Part shown: piece by piece, positions 8,304 to 16,873 of the stretch
Layout: every line of letters begins with the position of its first letter
Numbering within the stretch: the first letter of the stretch is position 1
NCBI GenBank assembly: GCA_031367385.1
Contig: JANLPS010000130.1
Coordinates: 1-25,505, forward strand
Reading direction: 5' to 3'
Length of the DNA stretch: 25,505 nt
Source: Archangium sp.
Lineage (GTDB): Bacteria > Myxococcota > Myxococcia > Myxococcales > Myxococcaceae
Position numbers and translations under genes: made by a program
The notes under the pieces: model-generated
Databases searched by the model: none
What the model saw: the letters and a program-made list of their open reading frames with translations, nothing else
What the model was told of the DNA's origin: nothing

Positions 8304-9521
8304 GTGTTCATGCTCTGGCGAGAGGCCACCCGCGCCCTGCTCCGTCACAAGCTGCGCAGCGGGTTGACGATGTTGGGCATCACCATCGGCATCACCGCGG
8401 TCGTGCTGGTGGTGGCGATCGGCCAGGCAGGCAAGCAACAGGCCGAAGAGGCGCTCTCGCAGCTGGGCGATAACCTGGTGTGGGTCGAAGCGGGCTCGCG
8501 CAACGTGGCGGGCGTTCGCACCGGCACCCACGGCATGACCAACCTCACCATCGAAGACGCTCGGGCCATCGTGAGCGAGGTGCCGATGATCAAGCGCATG
8601 TCGCCGCAGGTCGACGGCAACGTGCGGGTCGCCTTCGGGAACCAGAACTGGATGACCCGGTTTCGCGGTGAGACCCCCGCATACCTGGAGATCAAGAAGT
8701 GGCAGGTCGCCGAGGGCCGCTCGTTCACCGATGAAGACGTCGAGCAGCAAAACAACGTCGTCTTGATCGGCCAGACGGTGAAGCAGCAGGTGTTCGGCGC
8801 GCAGAACGCGGTGGGGCAACTGGTGCGCATGTCGGGGCAGCTGTTCGAGGTGGTCGGTGTGCTGACGGGCAAAGGGCAGTCGACCGACGGGCGCGATCAA
8901 GACGACTGGCTGCTGCTGCCCTACACCACCGCGCACACCAAGCTGCGGGGCCGCGGCCCGATGTTTCTCGATGACATTCTCTGCTCGGCGACCTCGGCAA
9001 ATGAGGTGAACACCGCCATCGACCGCATCGTGCCGCTGTTGCGCGAGCGCCACCAGCTGCTGCCGGGTGATGAAAACGACTTCAACATTCGCCGCCCCGA
9101 TGAGGTGCTCAAGGCGGGCGTGCAGGCGAGTGATGCGCTCGCCCGGCTGCTGATGACGGTGGCGTCGATCGCGCTCCTGGTCGGAGGCATCGGCATCATG
9201 AACGTGATGCTCGCCTCGGTCGCCCAGCGCACGAAGGAGATCGGCGTGCGCATGGCCGTCGGCGCGACCAGCTCGGCGATTCAGCAGCAGTTTCTGGCCG
9301 AGGCGGTGGTGCTCAGCGTCGCGGGAGGCTTGAGCGGCATCGTGTTGAGCGCGATCGGCGCCTCGGTGTTCGCCAAGACCCTGGGGTGGGCGATCGTGCT
9401 GTCGCCTCAGGCGATTGTGATTGCGCTCGGGTCGTCAGCGCTCGTCGGGGTCTGCTCGGGGTTCTGGCCTGCGCTGAGGGCGTCGCGGCTCGACCCGATC
9501 GACGCGCTTCGCCGCGAGTGA
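8304..9521 (+). CDS. ABC transporter permease, MacB/FtsX family
   Basis: RSGLTMLGITIG, a large periplasmic domain, LLVGGIGIMNVML.SV.QRTKEIG.RMAVGA, QFLAEA and PA..ASRLDPIDALR.E. Confidence 0.95.
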   Translation: MFMLWREATRALLRHKLRSGLTMLGITIGITAVVLVVAIGQAGKQQAEEALSQLGDNLVWVEAGSRNVAGVRTGTHGMTNLTIEDARAIVSEVPMIKRMSPQVDGNVRVAFGNQNWMTRFRGETPAYLEIKKWQVAEGRSFTDEDVEQQNNVVLIGQTVKQQVFGAQNAVGQLVRMSGQLFEVVGVLTGKGQSTDGRDQDDWLLLPYTTAHTKLRGRGPMFLDDILCSATSANEVNTAIDRIVPLLRERHQLLPGDENDFNIRRPDEVLKAGVQASDALARLLMTVASIALLVGGIGIMNVMLASVAQRTKEIGVRMAVGATSSAIQQQFLAEAVVLSVAGGLSGIVLSAIGASVFAKTLGWAIVLSPQAIVIALGSSALVGVCSGFWPALRASRLDPIDALRRE

Positions 9522-9574
9522 AGCGAACCGTCGCGGCGCGGCTCGAGAGCACCGAGCGGGTTGTGCCGCTCCCG

Positions 9575-9805
9575 AGGCGATTGTGATCGCCGGGGTTCAG
9601 GCCTGCTCTGCGGTCGCGGCTCGACCCCATCGACTCGCTTCGCCGCGAGGAGCGCGAGCCGTCATCGGCGCGGCTCGAGAGCTCCCGTGCGCGTTTCTCG
9701 AAGCAATCGTGATCGCGCTTGGGTCGTCGGCCCTCGTCGGGCTTCTGGCCTGCGTGGGCGTCTCGGCTCCACCCCATCGACGCGCTTTCGCCGCGAGTAG
9801 AGCGG
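9575..9805 (+). pseudogene. Two degenerate relic copies of the 3' end of the MacB permease gene
   Basis: Segments starting at about 9575 and 9701 align to 9409-9550 (GCGATTGTGAT...TTCTGGCCTGCG...CGGCTCGACCC.ATCGAC.CGCTTCGCCGCGAG). They carry deletions and frameshifts. Confidence 0.85.
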
Positions 9806-9810
9806 TCGGC

Positions 9811-9854
9811 AATCTGAACCTTGAGGTTCAGATTTCTGAACCTCGAGGTTCAGA
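9811..9854. repeat. Tandem pair of 20-bp palindromes
   Basis: TCTGAACCTTGAGGTTCAGA (9813-9832, one mismatch) and TCTGAACCTCGAGGTTCAGA (9835-9854, perfect), with a 22-bp period. Confidence 0.9.
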
Positions 9855-9954
9855 CCCGCAACCCGAAAACGAGAAATTCTAGCCACTTACGCGCCGCCAC
9901 TGCGGCCATCCGTCACCCGCGGGAAGGCCCAGGCCCCACCGGGGAAAGAGCAGC

Positions 9955-11517
9955 ATGCGCAGCTTCACTCTGGTGGTGCTTGGTCTGTGCGCTTGCACCG
10001 GCAGCATCAATACCTCCGTACCGCTCGAACCGGTCTGCGCCGAGGCGCCCAGGTTGGCGCGACTCTCTGGGGTGCAGTACCGCGCCGTCATCGACGCGTT
10101 GATGGCCGATGGAGGCGCGCCCGCCCGCTTGGAAGTGCCGTTCGCCCAAGCGCGTCGCACCGACCTGTTCAGCACCTGGGCGGGGCAAGCGTCACTGAGC
10201 GAGTACGAGGTCGATGACGTCTGGAGAGCCTCCGAGCTGGTCGCGAATGCTTGGCTCGCCGAGAACCCAGACACGTGCGCTGGTGCCGAACGCACCCCCG
10301 CGTGTTTGCGCCGCGTCTTCGGCCGCGCGCTGACCGTGCTCTGGTCTCGACCGCCCAGCGATGACGATCTGGTCGCGCTTGGCGAAGAGCTCAGCGACGC
10401 TGAGCACGACCTCACACCTGACCAAGCCCTCGCTGCGACCGTGCGCCGCGTGCTGATGAGCCCGCGGTTCCTCTTTCGCTCCGAGGTGGGCCTCGATGGG
10501 CCGCTCGACTCACACGAGGTCGCCGCGGCGCTCGCGTTCACGCTCACCGACCAACCGCCCGACGCCCACTTGCGCGAGGCCGCCGAGACGACCGGTTTGA
10601 CCGACCCCGAGCTCATCGCGGGTCAGGCTCGCCGCCTGCTCGAGCGCCCAGCCGCGGTGCCGATGCTGCGCCGCTTCTTGCGAGAATTGCTCCAGTACGA
10701 CGGCGCACCCGCGGTGCCCAAGAGCGCGGCCGACGCCCCGTTTCATCACCCCGCCGAGCTCGTTGATGACACCGATCAAGTGGTCGACTCGCTGGTGACC
10801 GACCACGCTCGCTCGGGCCTGCTGCGGGCGCTGCTCACCACCGACCTGGCCTACGTGCGGCCTTCAACTTCAACCAGCTGGGGCATCGACGCGCACAGCG
10901 ACGCTGGCGTCTTCGTTCATGACCCCTCGCGCACCGGCGTGCTCACCCACCCGGCCTGGCTCGTCGCGATGAGCCAGGCCGATCACAACCACCTCGTTCG
11001 CCGGGGGCGCTTCATTCGCGAGCGGCTGCTCTGCGACCAGGTGCCGATGCTGCCAGGCGGGGTAGTCCCCCAGATTCAAGACGCGCCCGGGTTGACGCTG
11101 CGCCAACGCACCGAGCAACACTCGAAGAACCCCGCTTGCGCCGGCTGCCACACCCTGATGGACCCGTTGGCCATGGGCTTCGAGGCGTGGGACCACCTCG
11201 GCCGCCCTCAGAAGACCGACAACGGCGGCGCCGTGGTGACCAGCGGTACCCTCAGCGGAGGCGGGAGCGAGGTCGATGGCCCTTATGTCGACGCCCACGA
11301 GCTGATGACCAGGCTGGCCGATTCTCAGGTCGTGCGAGCGTGCTGGGTCAAGCAGGTGTTCAGGTACGTGCGCGGCCGAGAGGTGGCGCAGTCTGATGAA
11401 TGCGAGCTCGAGCAGCTCACCGCGCTCTACGAGCGCTCAGGCGAAGACACCCTCGCCGTCATTGAAGCGATGTTCACGGCGCCTGGGTTTCTTCACCGAA
11501 AGCGGGTCTCGCAATGA
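9955..11517 (+). CDS. DUF1592/DUF1588/DUF1595/DUF1585-type lipoprotein with CxxCH motif
   Basis: Lipobox LCAC; RLSGVQY, LMSPRFLFRSE, L.F.LTDQPPD..L, RTGVLT.PAW, RG.FIRERLLC, CAGCH..MDPL.MGFE.WD.LGR and C.VKQ.FRY..GR. Confidence 0.9.
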   Translation: MRSFTLVVLGLCACTGSINTSVPLEPVCAEAPRLARLSGVQYRAVIDALMADGGAPARLEVPFAQARRTDLFSTWAGQASLSEYEVDDVWRASELVANAWLAENPDTCAGAERTPACLRRVFGRALTVLWSRPPSDDDLVALGEELSDAEHDLTPDQALAATVRRVLMSPRFLFRSEVGLDGPLDSHEVAAALAFTLTDQPPDAHLREAAETTGLTDPELIAGQARRLLERPAAVPMLRRFLRELLQYDGAPAVPKSAADAPFHHPAELVDDTDQVVDSLVTDHARSGLLRALLTTDLAYVRPSTSTSWGIDAHSDAGVFVHDPSRTGVLTHPAWLVAMSQADHNHLVRRGRFIRERLLCDQVPMLPGGVVPQIQDAPGLTLRQRTEQHSKNPACAGCHTLMDPLAMGFEAWDHLGRPQKTDNGGAVVTSGTLSGGGSEVDGPYVDAHELMTRLADSQVVRACWVKQVFRYVRGREVAQSDECELEQLTALYERSGEDTLAVIEAMFTAPGFLHRKRVSQ

Positions 11518-12887
11518 GGCTGTCTCGCCGCCGTTTCTTGTCGTCGCTGAGCCTGGGCGCCTCGGCCCCCTTGCTGTTGCCGCTGGCCAACGCGCTCAGT
11601 CGTACCGCATGGGGTGAGCCGCTGACCCTCTCGAAGAAGAACGTCGTCTTCATTTCACTGAGCGCCGGGTTGCCAGATCTGCAGCTGGGCTGGCCTTCGC
11701 GCTTGCCCTTCACTGCCACCGACGGCAACCACGCCACCGAGTTCACGCAGTGGGCGTACCACGAGGCCCTCGCGCCGCTCGCTCCCTGGCGAACCAACAC
11801 GGCGATCGTTCGCAACCTCTCTCTTGGCCTCGGGGCGATGCAGCACAGCGGCGGGTACGGCCTGCTCGCAGGGGGCGGGTTGGGCGACGGAGAGACGCCA
11901 GTCGGCAACGCCCCCGTCGGCCAGACCATTGACCAACTGCTGGCCGACCGATTGGGGGCCGAGACGCCGATGCGCTCACTGCTCTTCGGCATCGATCAAG
12001 ATCAGAAGAAGGTGATGCACGAGTCGCTCTACGCGCGGGCCGCCGACCAACCGGTGAGCTACCCGGTGCAGGCCTCCCGCATGTATGAGGCGCTCTTTCC
12101 CACGGCTGCTGCCAGCTCGGCCAAGGCCGCCGCCGACCGCCGCGTGCTCTCGCGGGTCAACGCCGATGTCAGCGCGCTGCGGGGGCGCCTGGCCAGCAGC
12201 GAGCGGGCCCAGCTCGATGGGTACCTCGAGAGCCTCGAGGCGTTCGACAAGCGCCGGCAAGGTGCCGCCTGTCTGGGCCCGGCCGCCCCTTCAGCCGAGC
12301 GCGGCGCGGTCAAAGAGCTGCCGGTGATGCTCGACATGGCCGCGACGGCCCTGCGCTGCGGCATGACCCACGTGGTCGGCTGCTCGGTCGGCGGAGGCAA
12401 CTCGCACTTTCATTTTCCCGCTCTGGTGGGGCCGCACGTTGGCACGATGTTCGAAGCACAGGGCTATGTCGGCGATCACGGCCATGACGGCATCGAGAAA
12501 TACACCGCCGGGCGAACCGTGGCCTGGCAGTGGCTCAGCACCGAGGTCGCTCGTTTTTTACGCCAGCTCGAGGCGCCCGGTATTTCGGGCCGCTCCGTGC
12601 TTGACGACACCATCGTGGTGTTGTTCTCAGACTCCGGTCACGACCACCACAACCTCGAGAACAGCAATTGGCGCTTCGTGGTCATCGCCGGCAAGAACGT
12701 CGCCCTGCGCACCGGGGGGCGCATGCTCAACTACGCCTGGGACGTCGGCTGGGAGCCCCTGAACAAGGCGTCGGCGGCCGTCGCCAGCCTCTATTGCTCA
12801 CTCGCCACCGCGGCCGGCGTGCCCTTGGACGCGTTCGCTGTGAATGGCGGCGCACGCACCAACGGGTTGCTCACGAGCCTGATGTAG
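11514..12887 (+). CDS. DUF1552 family protein with Tat signal
   Basis: SRRRFL twin-arginine leader, TIDQLLAD.LG, E...LD.YLES, AL.CG.T.V, SVLDDTIV...SD and His-rich motifs. ATGA-coupled to the DUF1592 gene, which is the usual pairing. Confidence 0.88.
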   Translation: MRLSRRRFLSSLSLGASAPLLLPLANALSRTAWGEPLTLSKKNVVFISLSAGLPDLQLGWPSRLPFTATDGNHATEFTQWAYHEALAPLAPWRTNTAIVRNLSLGLGAMQHSGGYGLLAGGGLGDGETPVGNAPVGQTIDQLLADRLGAETPMRSLLFGIDQDQKKVMHESLYARAADQPVSYPVQASRMYEALFPTAAASSAKAAADRRVLSRVNADVSALRGRLASSERAQLDGYLESLEAFDKRRQGAACLGPAAPSAERGAVKELPVMLDMAATALRCGMTHVVGCSVGGGNSHFHFPALVGPHVGTMFEAQGYVGDHGHDGIEKYTAGRTVAWQWLSTEVARFLRQLEAPGISGRSVLDDTIVVLFSDSGHDHHNLENSNWRFVVIAGKNVALRTGGRMLNYAWDVGWEPLNKASAAVASLYCSLATAAGVPLDAFAVNGGARTNGLLTSLM

Positions 12888-12896
12888 TACGCGCGC

Positions 12897-13856
12897 TTAT
12901 GGTGTGAGCGCGACCCGCACCACCCGGTGACCGCGCGAGTCGGGCAGCCACGCCAATGTCGGCGACGAGGTGAGCACGGTGCGGCACCCCATGGCGGTGG
13001 GGTAAGTCGCCTTGAGCGTGGCTTCACCCTTGGGTGAAATCTCGATCGCCGAGAGCACCGCGCTCTTGCCGCTGGCCACCAGCACGGTGTGGGTGCTCGG
13101 CAGGTAGTCGATGTTGTCGACCCCCTCGCCGGTCTCGAGGCTCGAGAGCACGTGGCCTGTGGCTCCGTCGAGCACCCGAAGCCCATTGGTGCAGGCGATG
13201 AACAGCTGATGTCGCTCGGAGTCGAGCGCGAGCCCCCGAGGCCCTCGCTCACCGCAATCGAGCTTCCACGAGCTCTTCGGCTTGCGCGTCTTCACGTCGA
13301 TCGCGACCGTCTGATTGCCGTCTTCGAGGTTGGTGTAGAAGAGCCCGCGCTTCGCATCGAACCCGTACCCCTCGGGCGAGCCCTGAAGCTTGATCGTCGC
13401 GGCGACGGTCAGTGCCGGCCCCGCGGTCGAGATGATCGCCAGGCTGTTCACCTCAGGCAAGGTCACCCACACCTCGCGGGTGGCGGGCACCCACAGCACC
13501 CCATCGGGCGACGCCGCGAGTGTGACGCAGCCCTTCGCGGCCAGGCTCTTCGAGTCGAAGCGGCAGAGGGTCTCGTTCGCGCGGTTGCCCACGAAAACGA
13601 CGCCGTCGCCGACCGAGGCCGAGCTGACGCCTGAGCGTCGCTCGCCGTGAGCCTTGGTGGGCTGATCGGCGATCGAGGTCAGCGCCCCGGTCTTCACGTC
13701 GATGACATCGACCCGACCCGAGCCTCCCGAGGGTACCCACAACCGGCCAGTGGCCGAATCGAACGCCATGTAGTCGATGCCCACCTCGCCCGTGCCGGGC
13801 AGGTCGACTGCGTCGGGGGTGGCGCTGAGCAGCGCAGCGAGGAGCCAGAGGGTCAT
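12897..13856 (-). CDS. YncE-like beta-propeller secreted protein
   Basis: Start ATG 13856 (MTLWLLAALLSA) overlaps the RND stop. Blade repeats DYMAFD..TGRLWV, PEG..FD, PRGLALD....LFIAC and GVDNIDY. Confidence 0.85.
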   Translation of the reverse strand: MTLWLLAALLSATPDAVDLPGTGEVGIDYMAFDSATGRLWVPSGGSGRVDVIDVKTGALTSIADQPTKAHGERRSGVSSASVGDGVVFVGNRANETLCRFDSKSLAAKGCVTLAASPDGVLWVPATREVWVTLPEVNSLAIISTAGPALTVAATIKLQGSPEGYGFDAKRGLFYTNLEDGNQTVAIDVKTRKPKSSWKLDCGERGPRGLALDSERHQLFIACTNGLRVLDGATGHVLSSLETGEGVDNIDYLPSTHTVLVASGKSAVLSAIEISPKGEATLKATYPTAMGCRTVLTSSPTLAWLPDSRGHRVVRVALTP

Positions 13857-16800
13857 AACGTGTTCTTTCTGATGAAGACGTGAACGGCGGAGGGGACGAG
13901 AAACAAGCTCACGAACATCGAGACCACCAGGCCCCCGATGACGGCGATCGCCAGCGGCCGTTGGAGCTCGGCGCCAGACCCGATGCCGAACGCCAAGGGT
14001 GCCAGACCAGCAATGGTGGCCACCGTCGTCATCACGATCGGCCGCACCCGAACCCGGCCCGCATCGGTCAGCGCCGCACGCGGTGAGTCGCCCTCGGCCA
14101 GGCGGGCCTCGAAGTGCTCGAGCAACAGAATGCCGTTCTTCACCACCAGGCCAACCAGCAAGACGCACCCCATCAACGACGCGGCGTTGAGCGGCGTGTT
14201 GGTGAGCCAGAGCACGTCGAGCGCTCCGGCGAGCGGCAAGGGCACCGAGACCAGAATCACCAGCACCAGCGCGCTGCGCCGAAACTGCAGCAGCAAGATG
14301 ATCGCCACCGCCAGAAACCCGAGGCCCATCACCGCCCCGAGCTGCCACAGCGTCTCGCGCTGGCTTTGGTATTGCCCCCCCAGCTCGAGGTGCGCGCCTC
14401 GCGGCATCGGCAGGCCTCGGAGCCTGCTCTGAATTTCACTCGCCACCGAGCCCAGGTCGCGCCCCTCGTGGTCGGCGGTGATGATCACCACGGGCCGCAG
14501 GCTCTCACGCACCAGGATCGTCTCTGACGACACCACGCTCATCGTGGCCACCGACGACAACGGCACCAGGCCACCGGTCGGCAACGAAATGGGCAGCCGC
14601 TCGATGGCCTGAGGGTCGAAGCGGGTCTCGTCGGGGTAGCGCACGCGAATGCCGATCGGCCGGTTCGGCCTTCGCAGCAACCCGGCCACCACGCCATGCA
14701 ACGCGGCGTCGAGCTCAGCCGTCAGCGAGTCGGCGCTGCGCCCTGCCCTCGCCGCCGCCGAGGGGTCGATGCGCAGCCGAAGCTCCGGAGCGAGCCCTTC
14801 GAAGCCCTCGTACACATCGACCAGGCCGGGCACGTCGTGAATGCGCTCGACGATGTCGCGTGCGACGGTGCGCAGTGACTCGACGTCGTCTCCAAAGAGC
14901 TTGAGCTCAATCGGCCGGGGGGCGCCGGAGAGATCGTTGAGCACGTCTTGCAGCACCTGCACGAACTCGACACGCGCCTCTGGCACGTCGGTGGCCACTT
15001 GCTCGCGAATGGTGTTGATCAGGGTCTCGCTGTCGTGAACGCGCGTTGATTTGGGCTTGAGCCTCACCATGATGTCGCCGCGGCTGACCTGCGTGGCCGT
15101 CATCGGGCCGAGCTCGGCGCCGGTGCGACGCGACCACGCCTCGACCTCGGTGTTTTGGCTCAAGATGTGCTCGATGCGGGCGGCCGCGGCGTCGGTGTCT
15201 GAAAGCGAGGCGCTGGCGGGCAAGAAGTAGTCGATCACGAAGGCCCCTTCGTCCATCGTGGGCAAGAACCCGGTGGGCACCTTCAGTGCACCGAAGGCGC
15301 CAAGGGTGACGAGCAGCACCGTCGCGAGGGCGGCGAGCCAGGGCCTTCGAAGCGTGCGCTCGAGCAACCCGGAGTACGCGTCGGCGAGGTGGTTGCGGCG
15401 CGCTTCGGGTCGGGCCCGGAGCCATTGGCCGGCGGCGATCGGCACCACGGTGACGGCGGCGATGAGCGAGAGGGCGACGGCGGCGCTCAGGGTCAGGGCG
15501 AGCGCCGTGAAGAACCGGCCAACGACCCCTTCGAGGCCGATCAGCGGCAAGAAGACGATGATGGTGGTGGCGGTGGTGCCGAGCAACGCGGGGCCCAGCG
15601 ACCGGGTGGCCTCGCGGGCCGCCTCGAGCGGTGTGCGGCCGCGGCTCATCGCCTGCCCAATGCCTTCGACCACCACGATCGCGTCGTCGATGATGAGACC
15701 GATCGCGACAGCCAGGCCTCCCAGCGACATCAAGTTGAGGCTCTGGCCGAGAAACCGCATGATCAGAAAAGTGGCGCCCAGCGTCAGTGGTATCGAGAGC
15801 GCCGCGATGAGGCCTCCGCGCACGTCGCGCAAGAACAACGCGATGACCGCGACGCAGAGCAAGACCCCGAGGGCAATCGCGTCGCGCACCGAGTTGATCG
15901 ACTCGGTGACCAGCTCCGATTGGTCGTACACCGGGGTCAGCGTGAGACCCCGCGGCAAGACCTCGGTCGCGGCGAGCTCGACGCTCCGCGCCACTTCGGG
16001 CGTGCTGGCGCCCCCAAGCCGCGAGACGCTGACCAGCACGTTTTCTCCACCCGGCCCCGAGACGCGGAGCAGCCGGTCTTCAGCCCCTTCGCGAACTTCG
16101 GCGATCGACGAGAGCAGCAACGGGCTGCCCCGCGGGCCTACGCCCACCACCAGGTTGCGAATGTCGTCGAGCGAATGCGGCTCGGCCGAGGCCGTCACGG
16201 TCACGGCGGCGTGGGCGCTCTCGAGCCGGCCCACGGCCTGCAGCGGCGTCTGCGCGGTGACTTTGTCTGCCACTGCCGAGGGGCTCAGCCGCAGCGCCGC
16301 CGTGCGCTCGGGGTCGAGAATGATTTCAATTTCTCGCACATCGCCGCCCAGCACCTCGACGCGGCCAACGCCCCGCACCCGCGAGATGGCGGGCTTGAGA
16401 ATGAGCTCGGCGGTCTCTCGAAGCTGACGCGAGTCGACCGCGCCGCTCAGGTTGAAGGTGATGATTGGAAACGAGGTGGTGGTGAGCCGCTCGACGGTGA
16501 GCTCGGTGCGGGGCGGCAGCGTGTTTCGAACCTCGGCCACGCGCGATTCGACCAGCTGCAGCGCGCGCCACATGTCGGTGCCCGGCGCGAACTGGAGCGA
16601 CAGCTCGACAGCGCCCCGAATGGTCTTCGAACGCACCCGCTCGACCCCCAACACGGTCGCCAGCGCGGCCTCGAGCGGCCTCGAGAGCGAGAGTTGGGTC
16701 ACCTCGGGCGGTGAGTCACCCCACCGCGCCACCACCACAATGCGAGGAAACTCGACCTCAGGGTAGATGCCGCTGGGCAGCTGACGGGCGGCCCCGAAGC

Positions 16801-16873
16801 CGGCCAACGCCACGAAGAGCCAGGCGCTCCAGACGAGCGTTTTTCGCGAGCTGATGGCGTCGAGCCAGCTCAC
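13853..16873 (-). CDS. RND efflux permease (AcrB/CusA/CzcA superfamily)
   Basis: 1006 aa with NLMSLGGLAVAIGLIIDDAIVVVE, F.P.MDEG, GLVVKNGILL and RVRPIVMTT..TI.GL.PLA. Proton-relay residues are intact. Confidence 0.95.
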   Translation of the reverse strand: MSWLDAISSRKTLVWSAWLFVALAGFGAARQLPSGIYPEVEFPRIVVVARWGDSPPEVTQLSLSRPLEAALATVLGVERVRSKTIRGAVELSLQFAPGTDMWRALQLVESRVAEVRNTLPPRTELTVERLTTTSFPIITFNLSGAVDSRQLRETAELILKPAISRVRGVGRVEVLGGDVREIEIILDPERTAALRLSPSAVADKVTAQTPLQAVGRLESAHAAVTVTASAEPHSLDDIRNLVVGVGPRGSPLLLSSIAEVREGAEDRLLRVSGPGGENVLVSVSRLGGASTPEVARSVELAATEVLPRGLTLTPVYDQSELVTESINSVRDAIALGVLLCVAVIALFLRDVRGGLIAALSIPLTLGATFLIMRFLGQSLNLMSLGGLAVAIGLIIDDAIVVVEGIGQAMSRGRTPLEAAREATRSLGPALLGTTATTIIVFLPLIGLEGVVGRFFTALALTLSAAVALSLIAAVTVVPIAAGQWLRARPEARRNHLADAYSGLLERTLRRPWLAALATVLLVTLGAFGALKVPTGFLPTMDEGAFVIDYFLPASASLSDTDAAAARIEHILSQNTEVEAWSRRTGAELGPMTATQVSRGDIMVRLKPKSTRVHDSETLINTIREQVATDVPEARVEFVQVLQDVLNDLSGAPRPIELKLFGDDVESLRTVARDIVERIHDVPGLVDVYEGFEGLAPELRLRIDPSAAARAGRSADSLTAELDAALHGVVAGLLRRPNRPIGIRVRYPDETRFDPQAIERLPISLPTGGLVPLSSVATMSVVSSETILVRESLRPVVIITADHEGRDLGSVASEIQSRLRGLPMPRGAHLELGGQYQSQRETLWQLGAVMGLGFLAVAIILLLQFRRSALVLVILVSVPLPLAGALDVLWLTNTPLNAASLMGCVLLVGLVVKNGILLLEHFEARLAEGDSPRAALTDAGRVRVRPIVMTTVATIAGLAPLAFGIGSGAELQRPLAIAVIGGLVVSMFVSLFLVPSAVHVFIRKNTL

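Noticed and set aside
9409..9805. Diversity-generating retroelement TR/VR pair
   Set aside because: The differences are not adenine-specific and include indels, and there is no reverse transcriptase gene in the window.
9811..9854. Mini CRISPR array
   Set aside because: Only two units, 2 nt apart, with no spacer and no cas genes.
9583..9882. 99-aa ORF as a real gene
   Set aside because: It is a mosaic of frameshifted permease relics and translated palindromes (NLEVQ twice) with no convincing start.
13857..14348. N-terminal extension of the 483-aa ORF
   Set aside because: It lies out of frame inside the RND permease. The real start is the coupled ATG at 13856.
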